DNA of 64,000 bases from Salinivirgaceae bacterium (GTDB lineage: Bacteria; Bacteroidota; Bacteroidia; Bacteroidales; SZUA-534): contig JAFYYJ010000122.1 of the NCBI GenBank assembly GCA_017557605.1, positions 1,344-65,343 on the forward strand. The letters are read 5' to 3'. A program made the translations under genes and the position numbers. Below the pieces are notes generated by a model. It did not search any database and was not told where the DNA came from. It saw nothing but the letters and a program-made list of their open reading frames with translations. This document shows positions 18,394 to 28,075 of this stretch, in pieces (within the stretch, counting starts at the first letter, position 1; each line of letters opens with the position of its first letter).

Positions 18394-19659
18394 ATGGATA
18401 TTTTTGAGAGAATAGAGGAATCGTCGGGCGGTCCGTTGGGACAGTACCGCGAGCAAGTTGAAGGCTACTACTCGTTCCCGAAACTTGAGGGCGAGATTGG
18501 CCCGCATATGCGTTTCCAGGACAAAGACGTTTTGTGCTGGAGTTTGAACAACTATCTGGGCCTGGCCAACCACCCCGAAATCCGCAAGGTTGACGGCGAG
18601 GCTGCCGTACGCTGGGGTCTGGCTTATCCTATGGGTAGCCGTATGCTCACCGGCAACTCTGACCTTCACGAGAAGTTCGAGCGCATGCTTGCAAAATTCG
18701 AGAAGAAAGAGGCTGCTTTCCTGTTCAACTTTGGTTATCAAGGAATTGTGTCGGCAATCGACTCGCTGCTGTCGCGCCACGACATAATTGTGTTCGACGC
18801 CGAGTGCCACGCCTGCCTAATGGACGGCAAGCGTCTGCACCAAGGCAAGGCCTACTCGTACAAGCACAACGACATTGAAAGCTGCGAGAAGAAACTGAAA
18901 GTGGCTTGCAAAGAGGCCGAGGAGCAAGGCGGCGGCGTACTGCTCATCACCGAGGGCGTTTACGGTATGACCGGCGCACTTGGCATTCTTGACCAGATTG
19001 CAGCTCTCAAAAAGAAATACAAATTCCGCATTATGATTGACGACGCCCACGGCTTTGGCGTGATGGGTCCTCACGGACGCGGCACATCGGAGCACTTCGG
19101 CGTAATGGACGACATTGACATCTACATTGGCGCTTACGCTAAATCAATGGCAATCATCGGCGGTTTCATCGCTTCGAAAAAGTCGGTTATCGACTACCTG
19201 CGCTACAACATGCGCTCGCAGATTTATGCAAAGGCTCTGCCAATGCCGATTGTCGAGGGCTGCATCAAGCGTCTTGAGATTATCGACAGCCCCGAGGGCG
19301 ACGAGCTCCGCAACAAACTGTGGACAATCACCCGTCGCTTACAGGACGGTTTCCGCAATCTTGGTTTCGACATCGGTCCGGCCGAGGCTTGCGTATCGCC
19401 GGTACACATTCAGGGCGGCCCTGAGCAGGCAACAGCAATGGCATACGACCTGCGCGAGAACTACAAGATTTTCTGCTCAATTGTGGTTTACCCCGTAATC
19501 CCGCCGGGAATGGTAATCTTCCGTATTATCTCAACTGCCGCTCACTCAATTGAGGACGTTGACTACACGCTGAACGCATTCAAGGAAATCAAAGAGAAAC
19601 TCGACAAAGGATACTACGACAACAGCGGTATCCAGGCAAATGCAAGTCTGATGGACTAA
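18394..19659 (+). CDS. PLP-dependent alpha-oxoamine synthase, most like cysteate acyl transferase (SulA/CapB, sulfonolipid synthesis)
   Basis: N-terminus GPLGQY...GYYSFPKLEGEIGP, WSLNNYLGLANHP, DDAHG, PLP lysine in AKS, RSQIYAKALP, all as I recall them for the SulA/CapB clade. Confidence 0.75.
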   Translation: MDIFERIEESSGGPLGQYREQVEGYYSFPKLEGEIGPHMRFQDKDVLCWSLNNYLGLANHPEIRKVDGEAAVRWGLAYPMGSRMLTGNSDLHEKFERMLAKFEKKEAAFLFNFGYQGIVSAIDSLLSRHDIIVFDAECHACLMDGKRLHQGKAYSYKHNDIESCEKKLKVACKEAEEQGGGVLLITEGVYGMTGALGILDQIAALKKKYKFRIMIDDAHGFGVMGPHGRGTSEHFGVMDDIDIYIGAYAKSMAIIGGFIASKKSVIDYLRYNMRSQIYAKALPMPIVEGCIKRLEIIDSPEGDELRNKLWTITRRLQDGFRNLGFDIGPAEACVSPVHIQGGPEQATAMAYDLRENYKIFCSIVVYPVIPPGMVIFRIISTAAHSIEDVDYTLNAFKEIKEKLDKGYYDNSGIQANASLMD

Positions 19660-19678
19660 TCGGATAAGCGATATTTTT

Positions 19679-19712
19679 AAAAGCCGTGCCCGCAATTGGG
19701 TGCGGCTTTTTT
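19679..19712. terminator. bidirectional terminator
   Basis: aaaaGCCGtgCCC-gcaatt-GGGtgCGGCtttttt between convergent genes. Confidence 0.75.
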
Positions 19713-19818
19713 ATTTATTGAAGGATTGATTTATTGAAGGATTGAATGAAAACGGGCAACTTTCTCAACCCTCTAAACCGCACAGCGCTCAACCTTCTAA
19801 ACTCTTACCCCTTACCAC

Positions 19819-20256
19819 TTACCTTTCACCCACTACCTTCAGCGCTTCTGCGATAATTTCGGCGTGGTCGAAGGCCAAGGGTGGCAGATTGTTGATTGGA
19901 AACCAACACAAGGTTTTGGCATCGTCGGCGGCAGAGGCCTGCTGCGGATTGTCGGTGTAGCCCCAATAGGCAACAGTGATGGTGTGTCCGCGTGGGTCAC
20001 GGCCGGGTTTGCCGAATGCTCCAAATTGGTGCAGCTCAACGCCCACAAGGTTTGTTTCTTCGCGCAACTCACGTGCGGCGGCATCGGCAAGGTCTTCGTT
20101 CTCATCAACAAAGCCGCCGGGCAGTGCCCAACAGCCGGCAAATGGATTGTTCCGGCGTTCGATTAGCAGAATCTCGAGCCCCGATGCGGCGCGGTGCAGA
20201 ACTGCCATATCAACCGTAACGGCCGGGCGTGGATATTGGTATGTAAAACGGCCCAT
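19819..20256 (-). CDS. NUDIX hydrolase (ADP-ribose pyrophosphatase-like)
   Basis: WALPGGFV..NE...AAARELREET Nudix box; RDPR; LAFDH. Confidence 0.9.
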   Translation of the reverse strand: MGRFTYQYPRPAVTVDMAVLHRAASGLEILLIERRNNPFAGCWALPGGFVDENEDLADAAARELREETNLVGVELHQFGAFGKPGRDPRGHTITVAYWGYTDNPQQASAADDAKTLCWFPINNLPPLAFDHAEIIAEALKVVGER

Positions 20257-20263
20257 AAGTCAG

Positions 20264-20359
20264 CTATTTATCTTCCATTTTATGCTTAGAATAGAAGAAG
20301 AGTGCCACAACTATAATTATGAGCACCAAAGCCACTTTAACTGTCAACGAGTAAGTCAT
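20264..20359 (-). CDS. small single-pass membrane protein (31 aa), absent from the ORF track
   Basis: MTYSLTVKVALVLIIIVVALFFYSKHKMEDK*; fills the gap between the NlpC/P60 and NUDIX genes (17 nt and 7 nt spacers). Confidence 0.6.
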   Translation of the reverse strand: MTYSLTVKVALVLIIIVVALFFYSKHKMEDK

Positions 20360-20376
20360 GACGAGGCCGTTAAGAA

Positions 20377-21162
20377 TCAATCGTTTATGATTCTGTTCAC
20401 AAGTCTGAGCTTATGTGTGTATTTGTTTATCTCTCTATTGAATATGCCCTGGTGGTCGACAAGGTCGACACGAACACGGCCGTATGAGGCATGCACAATC
20501 TGCCCGCCCTCGACAATCATTCCCACATGAATAATGTTGCCGTCCTCGTTGTCGAAAAAGGCGAGGTCGCAAGGCTGGGCTTCACCGATAAACGGTACCG
20601 GCATGCCGACAATTGCTTGCTGCGATGCGTTGCGCGGAAGATTGACACCAACAGTGCTGAACAGCACTTGGGTGAGGCCCGAACAATCGATGCCGAGCAT
20701 GGTTTTTCCACCCCAAAGATAAGGCGAACCTACAAAGGCGTCGGCAAGCGATGTAACTGCAAGGCGCTTGTTGCTTATGGTTTGATAATCAGAATAATGC
20801 GAATACAAGTGCTGGCCTATCTCGATATTGAAGTTTGGTCCGCGACCATAAAGGATTGAGCCGGCAGGCATTGGCAGCTGCCATTGTCCGTCGACAATGA
20901 CGAAATCGAGCGGGCGGTTTGACGCGCGGCGCTCCATTGACAGCAGTCGTCCAAGCTGCTCATCGGCTATTGGTTCAAGAAGTTTGCTGTTTATCCAGCC
21001 CTCGGTGTTGTCGCTTTCAATTTTTATGTGACACCATTTTTCTGTCGATTCCACTACCCGATATAACTCGCCAAAGAGAATTTGTGTCTCTAATTCAGCT
21101 GTTTCGCTTGGCTGGGTGCGAACTGGAATAAAACTTTGATTGCAAAAATATGTCTCGCTCAT
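20377..21162 (-). CDS. SH3 + NlpC/P60 peptidase (YkfC-like gamma-D-Glu-diamino acid endopeptidase)
   Basis: ETQILFGE SH3b region; PYLWGGK..GIDCSG, HVG, IVHA. Confidence 0.88.
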   Translation of the reverse strand: MSETYFCNQSFIPVRTQPSETAELETQILFGELYRVVESTEKWCHIKIESDNTEGWINSKLLEPIADEQLGRLLSMERRASNRPLDFVIVDGQWQLPMPAGSILYGRGPNFNIEIGQHLYSHYSDYQTISNKRLAVTSLADAFVGSPYLWGGKTMLGIDCSGLTQVLFSTVGVNLPRNASQQAIVGMPVPFIGEAQPCDLAFFDNEDGNIIHVGMIVEGGQIVHASYGRVRVDLVDHQGIFNREINKYTHKLRLVNRIIND

Positions 21163-21328
21163 TTTGCGGTTATTATTTTTTTTGAAGCCCCAAATATAAG
21201 GCATTCAAGCTATACTTGTCAGATAACGAACCCAATATGCGACAAAAATGCAATGTATTTTTGCCTAAAAATAAATGCCTTACGGCGGTTCTTTTTGTTC
21301 CGCAAGAAACAAAAAAGACTATCCGTTT

Positions 21329-22264
21329 TTAGAAGATAAAATTCGAACTGATTGACCTCTCTTGATAAACACTCTTAATGGTGTTTGCGAACAAATCAGC
21401 AACCGAAAGAACCGTTATCTTACTGCATTCCTGCTTCAAAGGAATGGTGTCGGTGGTGATGATTTCAGTTATCGGCGAATCCATAAGACGCTCATAGGCC
21501 GGACCCGACAGAATGGGGTGCGTGGCCATTACACGAACGCTACTTGCGCCTTGGTCCATAATCACTTGTGCGGCTTTGGTGATGGTTCCGGCGGTGTCAA
21601 TCATATCGTCGATGATGACAACGTTGCGGTCCTTCACATCACCGATGATGCGCAACTCATCAACCACATTGGCTTTTGCACGGTGCTTGTGACCGATGGC
21701 CATTGGTGCGTTCAGGTATTGAGCATAGGCGTTGGCGCGCTTTGAACCACCCATATCAGGCGCTGCAATTGTCAGGTCTTTAATGTTTTGGCTACGCAGA
21801 TACGGTACAAAAATCGACGATGCGTACAAGTGGTCGACTGGCAGATTGAAGAAGCCTTGAATCTGGTCGGCGTGCAGGTCCATTGTGATGACACGCGACA
21901 CACCGGCAGCTGTGAGCAGGTCTGCAACCAATTTTGCGCCTATCGAAACGCGCGGACGGTCTTTGCGGTCCTGGCGGGCGAAGCCGAAATAAGGCATCAC
22001 AGCGATAATCTTGTAGGCTGAAGCGCGTTTGGCTGCATCAATCATCATCAGCAACTCAAGCAGATTGTCGCTCGGTTGGAATGTCGATTGGATGATGAAA
22101 AGATTTGAGCCGCGGACGGTTTCTTCGTACGATGTGGCAAATTCGCCGTCGGCAAAGTGCTGAACCAAAGAGCGGCCTAATGTTATACCATAACTGTCGG
22201 CAATTTTCTCAGCAAGATAGCGCGTTGCGGTTCCTGAAAACAATTTTATTGGCGCGGATAACAT
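21329..22264 (-). CDS. prs: ribose-phosphate pyrophosphokinase
   Basis: FADGE, PYFGFARQDRK, DLHADQIQGFF, PDMGG, IDDMIDTAGT. Confidence 0.97.
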   Translation of the reverse strand: MLSAPIKLFSGTATRYLAEKIADSYGITLGRSLVQHFADGEFATSYEETVRGSNLFIIQSTFQPSDNLLELLMMIDAAKRASAYKIIAVMPYFGFARQDRKDRPRVSIGAKLVADLLTAAGVSRVITMDLHADQIQGFFNLPVDHLYASSIFVPYLRSQNIKDLTIAAPDMGGSKRANAYAQYLNAPMAIGHKHRAKANVVDELRIIGDVKDRNVVIIDDMIDTAGTITKAAQVIMDQGASSVRVMATHPILSGPAYERLMDSPITEIITTDTIPLKQECSKITVLSVADLFANTIKSVYQERSISSNFIF

Positions 22265-22428
22265 AAATAATTGATTTTCAAAAAATTATTTTTAAAATCA
22301 TCACCGACAAAATTACAAATAATTTGTATCGCTGCGTGTTTTTTCCGAAACATTGTGACCAAAATATCAACAAATGGTTAAGTAGCTGATAGTGTGAAAA
22401 ATGCTGAGAGTAAAGTGGAAATTGGTTT

Positions 22429-23028
22429 TCAATTCTCAGTTTTATTTGTCTCATCAATAAAATCGAGAATCTCATCGCGCCCCTCGCGTTTTTCCGACGA
22501 TGTGACGAAACACGGCGGCAGCTCTTCCCAATCTTCGAGCAGTTGCTGCTTGTAAATGTCTGTGTTTTTGATTAATGCTGTTTTTGAAAGTTTGTCAGCC
22601 TTGGTGAAGACGATGGCAATGGGAATGCCCTGCTCTCCTGCCCAACGGATGAACTCGATGTCGATGGCAAGCGGGTTGTGGCGGCTGTCGACAAGGATGA
22701 ACAGGCAGTAAAGGTTCTCACGGTTGCGGATGTAGTCGCCAATGAACGACTGCCATATGCGGCGCTCACTGCGGGCCGATTTGGCGTAGCCATATCCCGG
22801 AAGGTCAACCAGATACCAATTTTTATTGATAACGAAGTGATTGATTGTCTGTGTCTTGCCTGGCGTACCCGACACTTTGGCGAGTTTCTGGTTGTTTGTC
22901 AGCATGTTGATGAGCGAGCTCTTGCCCACGTTCGAGCGACCGATGAATGCGTACTCAGGCATTGTCGGGGGCGGGCATTTCCGGAAATCGGTGTTGCTCA
23001 TTACAAATTCAGCTGACTTTACTTCCAT
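22429..23028 (-). CDS. engB: ribosome biogenesis GTPase YihA/YsxC
   Basis: [25 protein letters not shown]. Confidence 0.96.
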   Translation of the reverse strand: MEVKSAEFVMSNTDFRKCPPPTMPEYAFIGRSNVGKSSLINMLTNNQKLAKVSGTPGKTQTINHFVINKNWYLVDLPGYGYAKSARSERRIWQSFIGDYIRNRENLYCLFILVDSRHNPLAIDIEFIRWAGEQGIPIAIVFTKADKLSKTALIKNTDIYKQQLLEDWEELPPCFVTSSEKREGRDEILDFIDETNKTEN

Positions 23029-23070
23029 TTGTTTGGTGAATCGGTGAATTGTTTAATCGGTGAACCGGTT

Positions 23071-23098
23071 GTAGAGACGATGCGCACTTCGCCTCTAC
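23071..23098. repeat. degenerate GTAG-type REP-like palindrome
   Basis: GTAGAGACG-atgcgcactt-CGCCTCTAC. Confidence 0.55.
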
Positions 23099-23124
23099 CC
23101 CTATAGTCTCGTAATTCGTAATTG

Positions 23125-23787
23125 TTATTCTTCTTCCGGTTTTATTTCGCCTTTCGAGCTTTCTTTTTTCTCGATTTTCGGTGAGCCGATGTAGATGATG
23201 CTTGCTTTTTCGGCAATATCAGCCACAATTTTATCCGACACTTTCGGGCGAGCGATACCGGCTTTCATATCGGCGTAAAAAATGTTGCAGTCCAACTCAT
23301 CAGCAGCATACGAGCCACCTGTTGATGTCTTGAGCTGAACAGCACGTGATTTTCCTGTAAGTCTGACAAAACCACCGCGAACCACCAAAACGTTAATGGA
23401 GTCGCACTCAACAAGCAAATCGAGCTCACTGCCGGCACCAGCCTCAAGATGCAGAGAGTCAGCTTTAATGGCTCCACTGGTGAAACATTTTGCGTTGCCG
23501 CCCAGCTCAATGGCGTCCAACTTCGGACAACCGACAGTCACCACCACGTTGCTCTGGCGCGTAACAGCCTCAGCATTAATGCGTAACTGACCGTCAACCA
23601 CTTTGTATGTAACTTTATCAGTTTTCCCGGCATTGACCGTAACACTCTGCGGCTGACCATATTTGACGCTCACTTCCATTTTGCCGAAAACCTTTATTTT
23701 GGTGAATTCGGGCAGGTCTGTCTGAGCTGTGGCTGTGAGCGAATATGCCAACACCATAATCGCTGCAATGGCCCTTATCAGTTTCAT
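23125..23787 (-). CDS. DUF2807 (head GIN, beta-helix adhesin-like) secreted protein
   Basis: Signal peptide; FTKIKV..V, repeating L...GS/GG units, IIYIGSP ending. Confidence 0.75.
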   Translation of the reverse strand: MKLIRAIAAIMVLAYSLTATAQTDLPEFTKIKVFGKMEVSVKYGQPQSVTVNAGKTDKVTYKVVDGQLRINAEAVTRQSNVVVTVGCPKLDAIELGGNAKCFTSGAIKADSLHLEAGAGSELDLLVECDSINVLVVRGGFVRLTGKSRAVQLKTSTGGSYAADELDCNIFYADMKAGIARPKVSDKIVADIAEKASIIYIGSPKIEKKESSKGEIKPEEE

Positions 23788-23874
23788 AATTAACAATTTA
23801 TATTTTATTATCTAATCAAGGTAATCCAACAAGAACTTTGGTTTCTATTTTGGATTCGTTTGGTTAGCAATCAA

Positions 23875-25161
23875 TTAAATCTTTGCCAAAGCCTGGTCCA
23901 AATCGGCGATGATGTCCTCAACATCCTCAATACCAACCGAGAAGCGGATAAGGTCTGGTTTAACACCGGCCTCAAGCAGTTGCTCGTCAGTCAACTGACG
24001 GTGGGTGTGGCTTGCAGGGTGAAGCACGCAGGTGCGGGCATCGGCAACGTGAGTTACAATGCAGGCAAGCTGCAGACTGTCCATAAAGGTGATAGCCTTC
24101 TCGCGGCCGCCCTTAACGCCGAATGTTACCACACCGCACGACTGGCCGTTGGTGAACTGTTTCTGAGCCAGCTCGTAGTACGGACTCGACTTCAGACCTG
24201 AATAGTTAACCCAAGCCACTTTCGGGTGTTTCTCAAGATATTCGGCAACTGCCTGAGCGTTAGCGCAGTGACGCGGCATACGCACGTGCAGAGTTTCAAG
24301 TCCGAGGTTGAGCAAGAATGCGTTCTGCGGTGCCTGAATCGAGCCAAGGTCGCGCATCAGTTGGGCTGTGGCTTTGGTGATGTATGCACCCTTGCCGAAA
24401 GCCTTGCTGTAGGCCAGTCCGTGGTACGACGGGTCGGGTTGGGTCAGGCCGGGGAACTTGTCTTTGTGAGCTTCCCAGTCGAAGTTACCGCTATCGACAA
24501 TGCAGCCGCCAACGTTGGTGGCGTGGCCGTCCATATATTTGGTGGTGGCGTGAGTCACAATGTCGCAGCCGAACTCAAACGGACGGCAGTTGATTGGTGT
24601 CGGGAAAGTGTTGTCAACAATCAAAGGCACACCGTGTGAGTGAGCAATGCGGGCGAATTTCTCGATGTCGAGCACGCTCAAAACCGGATTGGCGATGGTC
24701 TCGCCGAACAAGCATTTGGTGTTCGGGCGGAAAGCCTTGCTGATTTCCTCTTCCGAAGCGTCGGGGTCAACAAATGTGCACTCAATGCCTAACTTCTTCA
24801 TTGTCACGGCAAAAAGATTGTATGTTCCTCCATAGATGGTTGATGATGAAACAAAATGGTCGCCGGCCTCGCAAACGTTGAACACGGCATAGAAACTTGC
24901 AGCCTGGCCCGACGATGTAAGCATTGCTGCAACACCGCCCTCGAGTGCGCAGATTTTTGCTGCAACTGCGTCATTCGTAGGATTTTGCAGACGAGTGTAG
25001 AAATAGCCCGAAGCCTTCAGGTCGAACAAATCGGCCATTTGCTCGGTGTTGTCGTATTTGAACGTTGTGCTTTGGTAGATGGGCAGCACACGCGGCTCGC
25101 CCTTGGTCGGCTTCCAGCCTTCTTGCACACAGATGGTGCCTAAATTGTGTTTTTTACTCAT
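23875..25161 (-). CDS. metY: O-acetylhomoserine aminocarboxypropyltransferase
   Basis: PIYQSTT, YTRLQNPT, VDNTF, HATTKYMDGHA (PLP Lys), HPASHTHRQL, IRFSVGIE. Confidence 0.92.
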   Translation of the reverse strand: MSKKHNLGTICVQEGWKPTKGEPRVLPIYQSTTFKYDNTEQMADLFDLKASGYFYTRLQNPTNDAVAAKICALEGGVAAMLTSSGQAASFYAVFNVCEAGDHFVSSSTIYGGTYNLFAVTMKKLGIECTFVDPDASEEEISKAFRPNTKCLFGETIANPVLSVLDIEKFARIAHSHGVPLIVDNTFPTPINCRPFEFGCDIVTHATTKYMDGHATNVGGCIVDSGNFDWEAHKDKFPGLTQPDPSYHGLAYSKAFGKGAYITKATAQLMRDLGSIQAPQNAFLLNLGLETLHVRMPRHCANAQAVAEYLEKHPKVAWVNYSGLKSSPYYELAQKQFTNGQSCGVVTFGVKGGREKAITFMDSLQLACIVTHVADARTCVLHPASHTHRQLTDEQLLEAGVKPDLIRFSVGIEDVEDIIADLDQALAKI

Positions 25162-25178
25162 TATGTATAAAGCTTATG

Positions 25179-26606
25179 TTATTTCCTACTAACACCTTTA
25201 TAATCTTCACAATAGAAGATATCGTAGGCCGGAATTCCAGCCACTTTCACGCAATCTATCTTTTTGACGCTGGCGAAACAATCGCGGATAAAATAGAACT
25301 GCGTGTTGCTGTTCAGCCGCGGTTTGACCAATATTCCGTCACGCCCTTTCAGATTGTCAATGTCGAGACCGACATAACCGAAATGGTATGGTGTCTGGCC
25401 AATAATCTGCGGTCCGTAGATGGTGTCTTTTCTATTATAGAAGCTGATTTTAGACGCTGTTTTGTAGCCGTCGGTAGCATAAACAAAGGTGTTGGGATGG
25501 GCGGCGTGAATGGAATCCACCTCCTGCGCCAGCAACTCCGAATCCAAGCCTAAATCGTAACGGACAAAGGGCGACTGCGGCGCCAGCACAATAAAATAGA
25601 TGCTGACAAGATAGAGCGCCGAAGTTGAAATCCAATGCCACTTCTGCCAGCGCAACTTCAAGAAGCGCGCCATAAGCACAATGCCGCTTATATATGTCGG
25701 TATCAGCCAGTTATATTTAACCTCACCGAATATCGACACAAGGTAAACGCCTATATATGTTGGCATAAAGAAGCAGAACAGGAACCAAATCTCGGGATTG
25801 GTCTGATTGGGTTTTGTGAAAATCCTCCACAGATATTTGCCAAAAAGCCACCACAATCCTACAAACAAAACGGGCATCAATATAATTATCTGTGAGAGAA
25901 TGAATTGCAAGATATTTTGCGGAGTGTCGCTATCGAAAGGCTCAGCTCGCAGCACCGAGCTGATACGGAATGATACAAAATCGTTTTGCGCATTCCAGAT
26001 GAGCACTGGCAATGCCAACACCACCATTATCAATATCGACAGGTACGGCCACGGCTTGGCGAGCAGATTGCGGTAGCGCCCCGAAAAAAGCAGAAAAAGC
26101 AACAATCCGATTGGCAAGCCCATTGCCGGATACTTGCTATCGAAAGCCAAACCCATAAACAAACCGGCGTAGAGCCAGAATCGTTTTTCGCCGTCGAAGA
26201 TGGCGCGATAGAGTGCCCAGATGGAGAGCGTCCAAAAGAGCGTCAGAACCACATCGGGACAGTTCTGCAACGAGAGCGATGTTACAAGCATCGATGTGCA
26301 GAACATGGTCCAGGCCAAGTATTTGCGGTCGCTGCGCAACACCCGCGACGACAGGGCGAAGAAGGCCAGCTGTGCCATAAGCGTTATGAAAAACGATGCA
26401 AACTTGACAGCAAACATATTGTGTCCGAACATCTTCATAAATAACCAAATAGTGTAGCCAACCAACGGCGGATGGTCGTAATACGATAGTGAAAGATGGT
26501 CGGCATAGTAGGCAAAATACGATTCCTGCGGTGTCAACCCGATAAACGGCATAAACGCTAACCGCAAGATGTTCAATATGATAACTACTATAAGAGCCTT
26601 TTTCAT
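25179..26606 (-). CDS. GT-C fold membrane glycosyltransferase (GT39/ArnT-PMT_2 family)
   Basis: About 11-12 TMs; QESY..Y...LSLSYYDHPP, PD..L, GLAFDSKY, P.L.WN. Confidence 0.82.
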   Translation of the reverse strand: MKKALIVVIILNILRLAFMPFIGLTPQESYFAYYADHLSLSYYDHPPLVGYTIWLFMKMFGHNMFAVKFASFFITLMAQLAFFALSSRVLRSDRKYLAWTMFCTSMLVTSLSLQNCPDVVLTLFWTLSIWALYRAIFDGEKRFWLYAGLFMGLAFDSKYPAMGLPIGLLLFLLFSGRYRNLLAKPWPYLSILIMVVLALPVLIWNAQNDFVSFRISSVLRAEPFDSDTPQNILQFILSQIIILMPVLFVGLWWLFGKYLWRIFTKPNQTNPEIWFLFCFFMPTYIGVYLVSIFGEVKYNWLIPTYISGIVLMARFLKLRWQKWHWISTSALYLVSIYFIVLAPQSPFVRYDLGLDSELLAQEVDSIHAAHPNTFVYATDGYKTASKISFYNRKDTIYGPQIIGQTPYHFGYVGLDIDNLKGRDGILVKPRLNSNTQFYFIRDCFASVKKIDCVKVAGIPAYDIFYCEDYKGVSRK

Positions 26607-26670
26607 ACTCTGTTTTTATAAGGCGCTAAAGTACACAAATAAATTATTTGTTTGCGCCGGCATTTCGGGT

Positions 26671-27048
26671 TTACGTTTTTGGTTTCGGCTGATTGTTGTC
26701 TGAGGAGGCCTCATCGTTTTCAGTCTGATATTTAGTAAGCCTCTCAATCACCTTGTTGTAAATCTGCTCATACTCTTTGATGTGCCGCCCGTAATATTTC
26801 ATTGTATTCATAAACTGAGCGGGTGTAACATCATATTTTTCAAGAATAAAACCATAAGCGTTCTCCGCATCATCGTGTTTTGGCCACTTGCCAAACCTCC
26901 CTTGGTAACTCAGATACGCATCGGTCATGTGAATATCGATAAGCATATCGACAAGTTTGTCCCTCTCTATCTCGGGCCGACTGCCTGGCTCACGCGAGCA
27001 GCACTGCATCAGCACAAGCAAAACGATTATCGGTATAAATCTTTTCAT
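26671..27048 (-). CDS. DUF4296-like lipoprotein
   Basis: Lipobox-like LMQCC; L.DIHM.DA, I.EKY.VT..QF..T..YY, IY..V..RL. Confidence 0.7.
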   Translation of the reverse strand: MKRFIPIIVLLVLMQCCSREPGSRPEIERDKLVDMLIDIHMTDAYLSYQGRFGKWPKHDDAENAYGFILEKYDVTPAQFMNTMKYYGRHIKEYEQIYNKVIERLTKYQTENDEASSDNNQPKPKT

Positions 27049-27051
27049 AAT

Positions 27052-27091
27052 AAAAAAGCAACTGCCCCGCGTTTTGATGCGAAGCAGTTGC
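27052..27091 (-). terminator. intrinsic terminator of the adhesin-sprF operon, overlapping the next promoter
   Basis: Minus strand GCAACTGCttcgc-atcaaaac-gcgggGCAGTTGC-TTTTTT; TATCTTTG at 27091-27098. Confidence 0.7.
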
Positions 27092-27114
27092 AAAGATAAA
27101 GCTATGTTCTTTGA

Positions 27115-28068
27115 TTATCTAATCTTTCGTTTCGATTTTGACTTACGGATGTCTTCAAATTTAACACCGAGCATAATCTCATGCGAGCCGTTGCTGGCGT
27201 TGCTCAACTTAGATATAGTAACATCGTAAGAATAACCAACGTTAATCATATCGTTGTAGTTGTAACCAACAAATACTATCACAGCCTCAGGATTCTTGAA
27301 GTTGTAGCGGAAGCCAAGGCCGCCCCAAACCATTTTCTGATAGATGACACGGCAGTTGATGTCGGTCATAAAATCGTAGTTTGGCACAGTTTTAATCAAG
27401 ATTGAAGGCTCAAGGTCGAAGTTACGGTCGATGTTGTACTTGTAGCCGCCCTGAATGTAGAAGTGCGGTTTAACGCGGCCGTCCTTTACAATATAACCCT
27501 CGTCATACTTGTCGAGCAACGACATGTTGTTGAAAAACAGGTGATGGAAAGCTATGCCGGCATAATACTGCGATGTGTAGAGATAGACACCGAGCGATGC
27601 ATCAGGGTAAATCTTCTTGTATACAGAGTTTGAAAAACCGTCTGCTCCCTCGTTCAATTCAACATTGACATCGGTAAGGTCGACTTTCTGTTGAACTATG
27701 CCAAGGAACAAACCCGCCGATATGCGGATATCGCCCGTGATGCGCAGATTGTAGCTATAAGAACCATAGGCGCCCATGTTGCCAACCGGACCGGTAACAT
27801 CGTTGAAGATGTAGCCGCCGTAGCCCATCGGCATCACCTTATGCGGGCCATAGCCACCAAGCATATAGGTCTGAGGTGCATTCTTTATACCTGCGAACTG
27901 ATAGCGATAGTTCGTTTTTATCTGCCAATAGTCGTTTGTTCCGCCAACGGCCGGGTTCAGCATATAATCGTTGAACATATACTGCGAGAATTGAGGCAGT
28001 AGTTGTGCGTTGGCACTTGGAGCAATCAGCATCGCTCCAGCAAACAATGTTAAAATAATCCTTTTCAT
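27115..28068 (-). CDS. T9SS membrane protein, PorP/SprF family
   Basis: PQFSQYMFN...NPA..G, YRYQF.GI..AP.T, GYSYD, GSHEIML; directly downstream of a type-B cargo gene. Confidence 0.92.
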   Translation of the reverse strand: MKRIILTLFAGAMLIAPSANAQLLPQFSQYMFNDYMLNPAVGGTNDYWQIKTNYRYQFAGIKNAPQTYMLGGYGPHKVMPMGYGGYIFNDVTGPVGNMGAYGSYSYNLRITGDIRISAGLFLGIVQQKVDLTDVNVELNEGADGFSNSVYKKIYPDASLGVYLYTSQYYAGIAFHHLFFNNMSLLDKYDEGYIVKDGRVKPHFYIQGGYKYNIDRNFDLEPSILIKTVPNYDFMTDINCRVIYQKMVWGGLGFRYNFKNPEAVIVFVGYNYNDMINVGYSYDVTISKLSNASNGSHEIMLGVKFEDIRKSKSKRKIR

Positions 28069-28075
28069 AGCTTTA

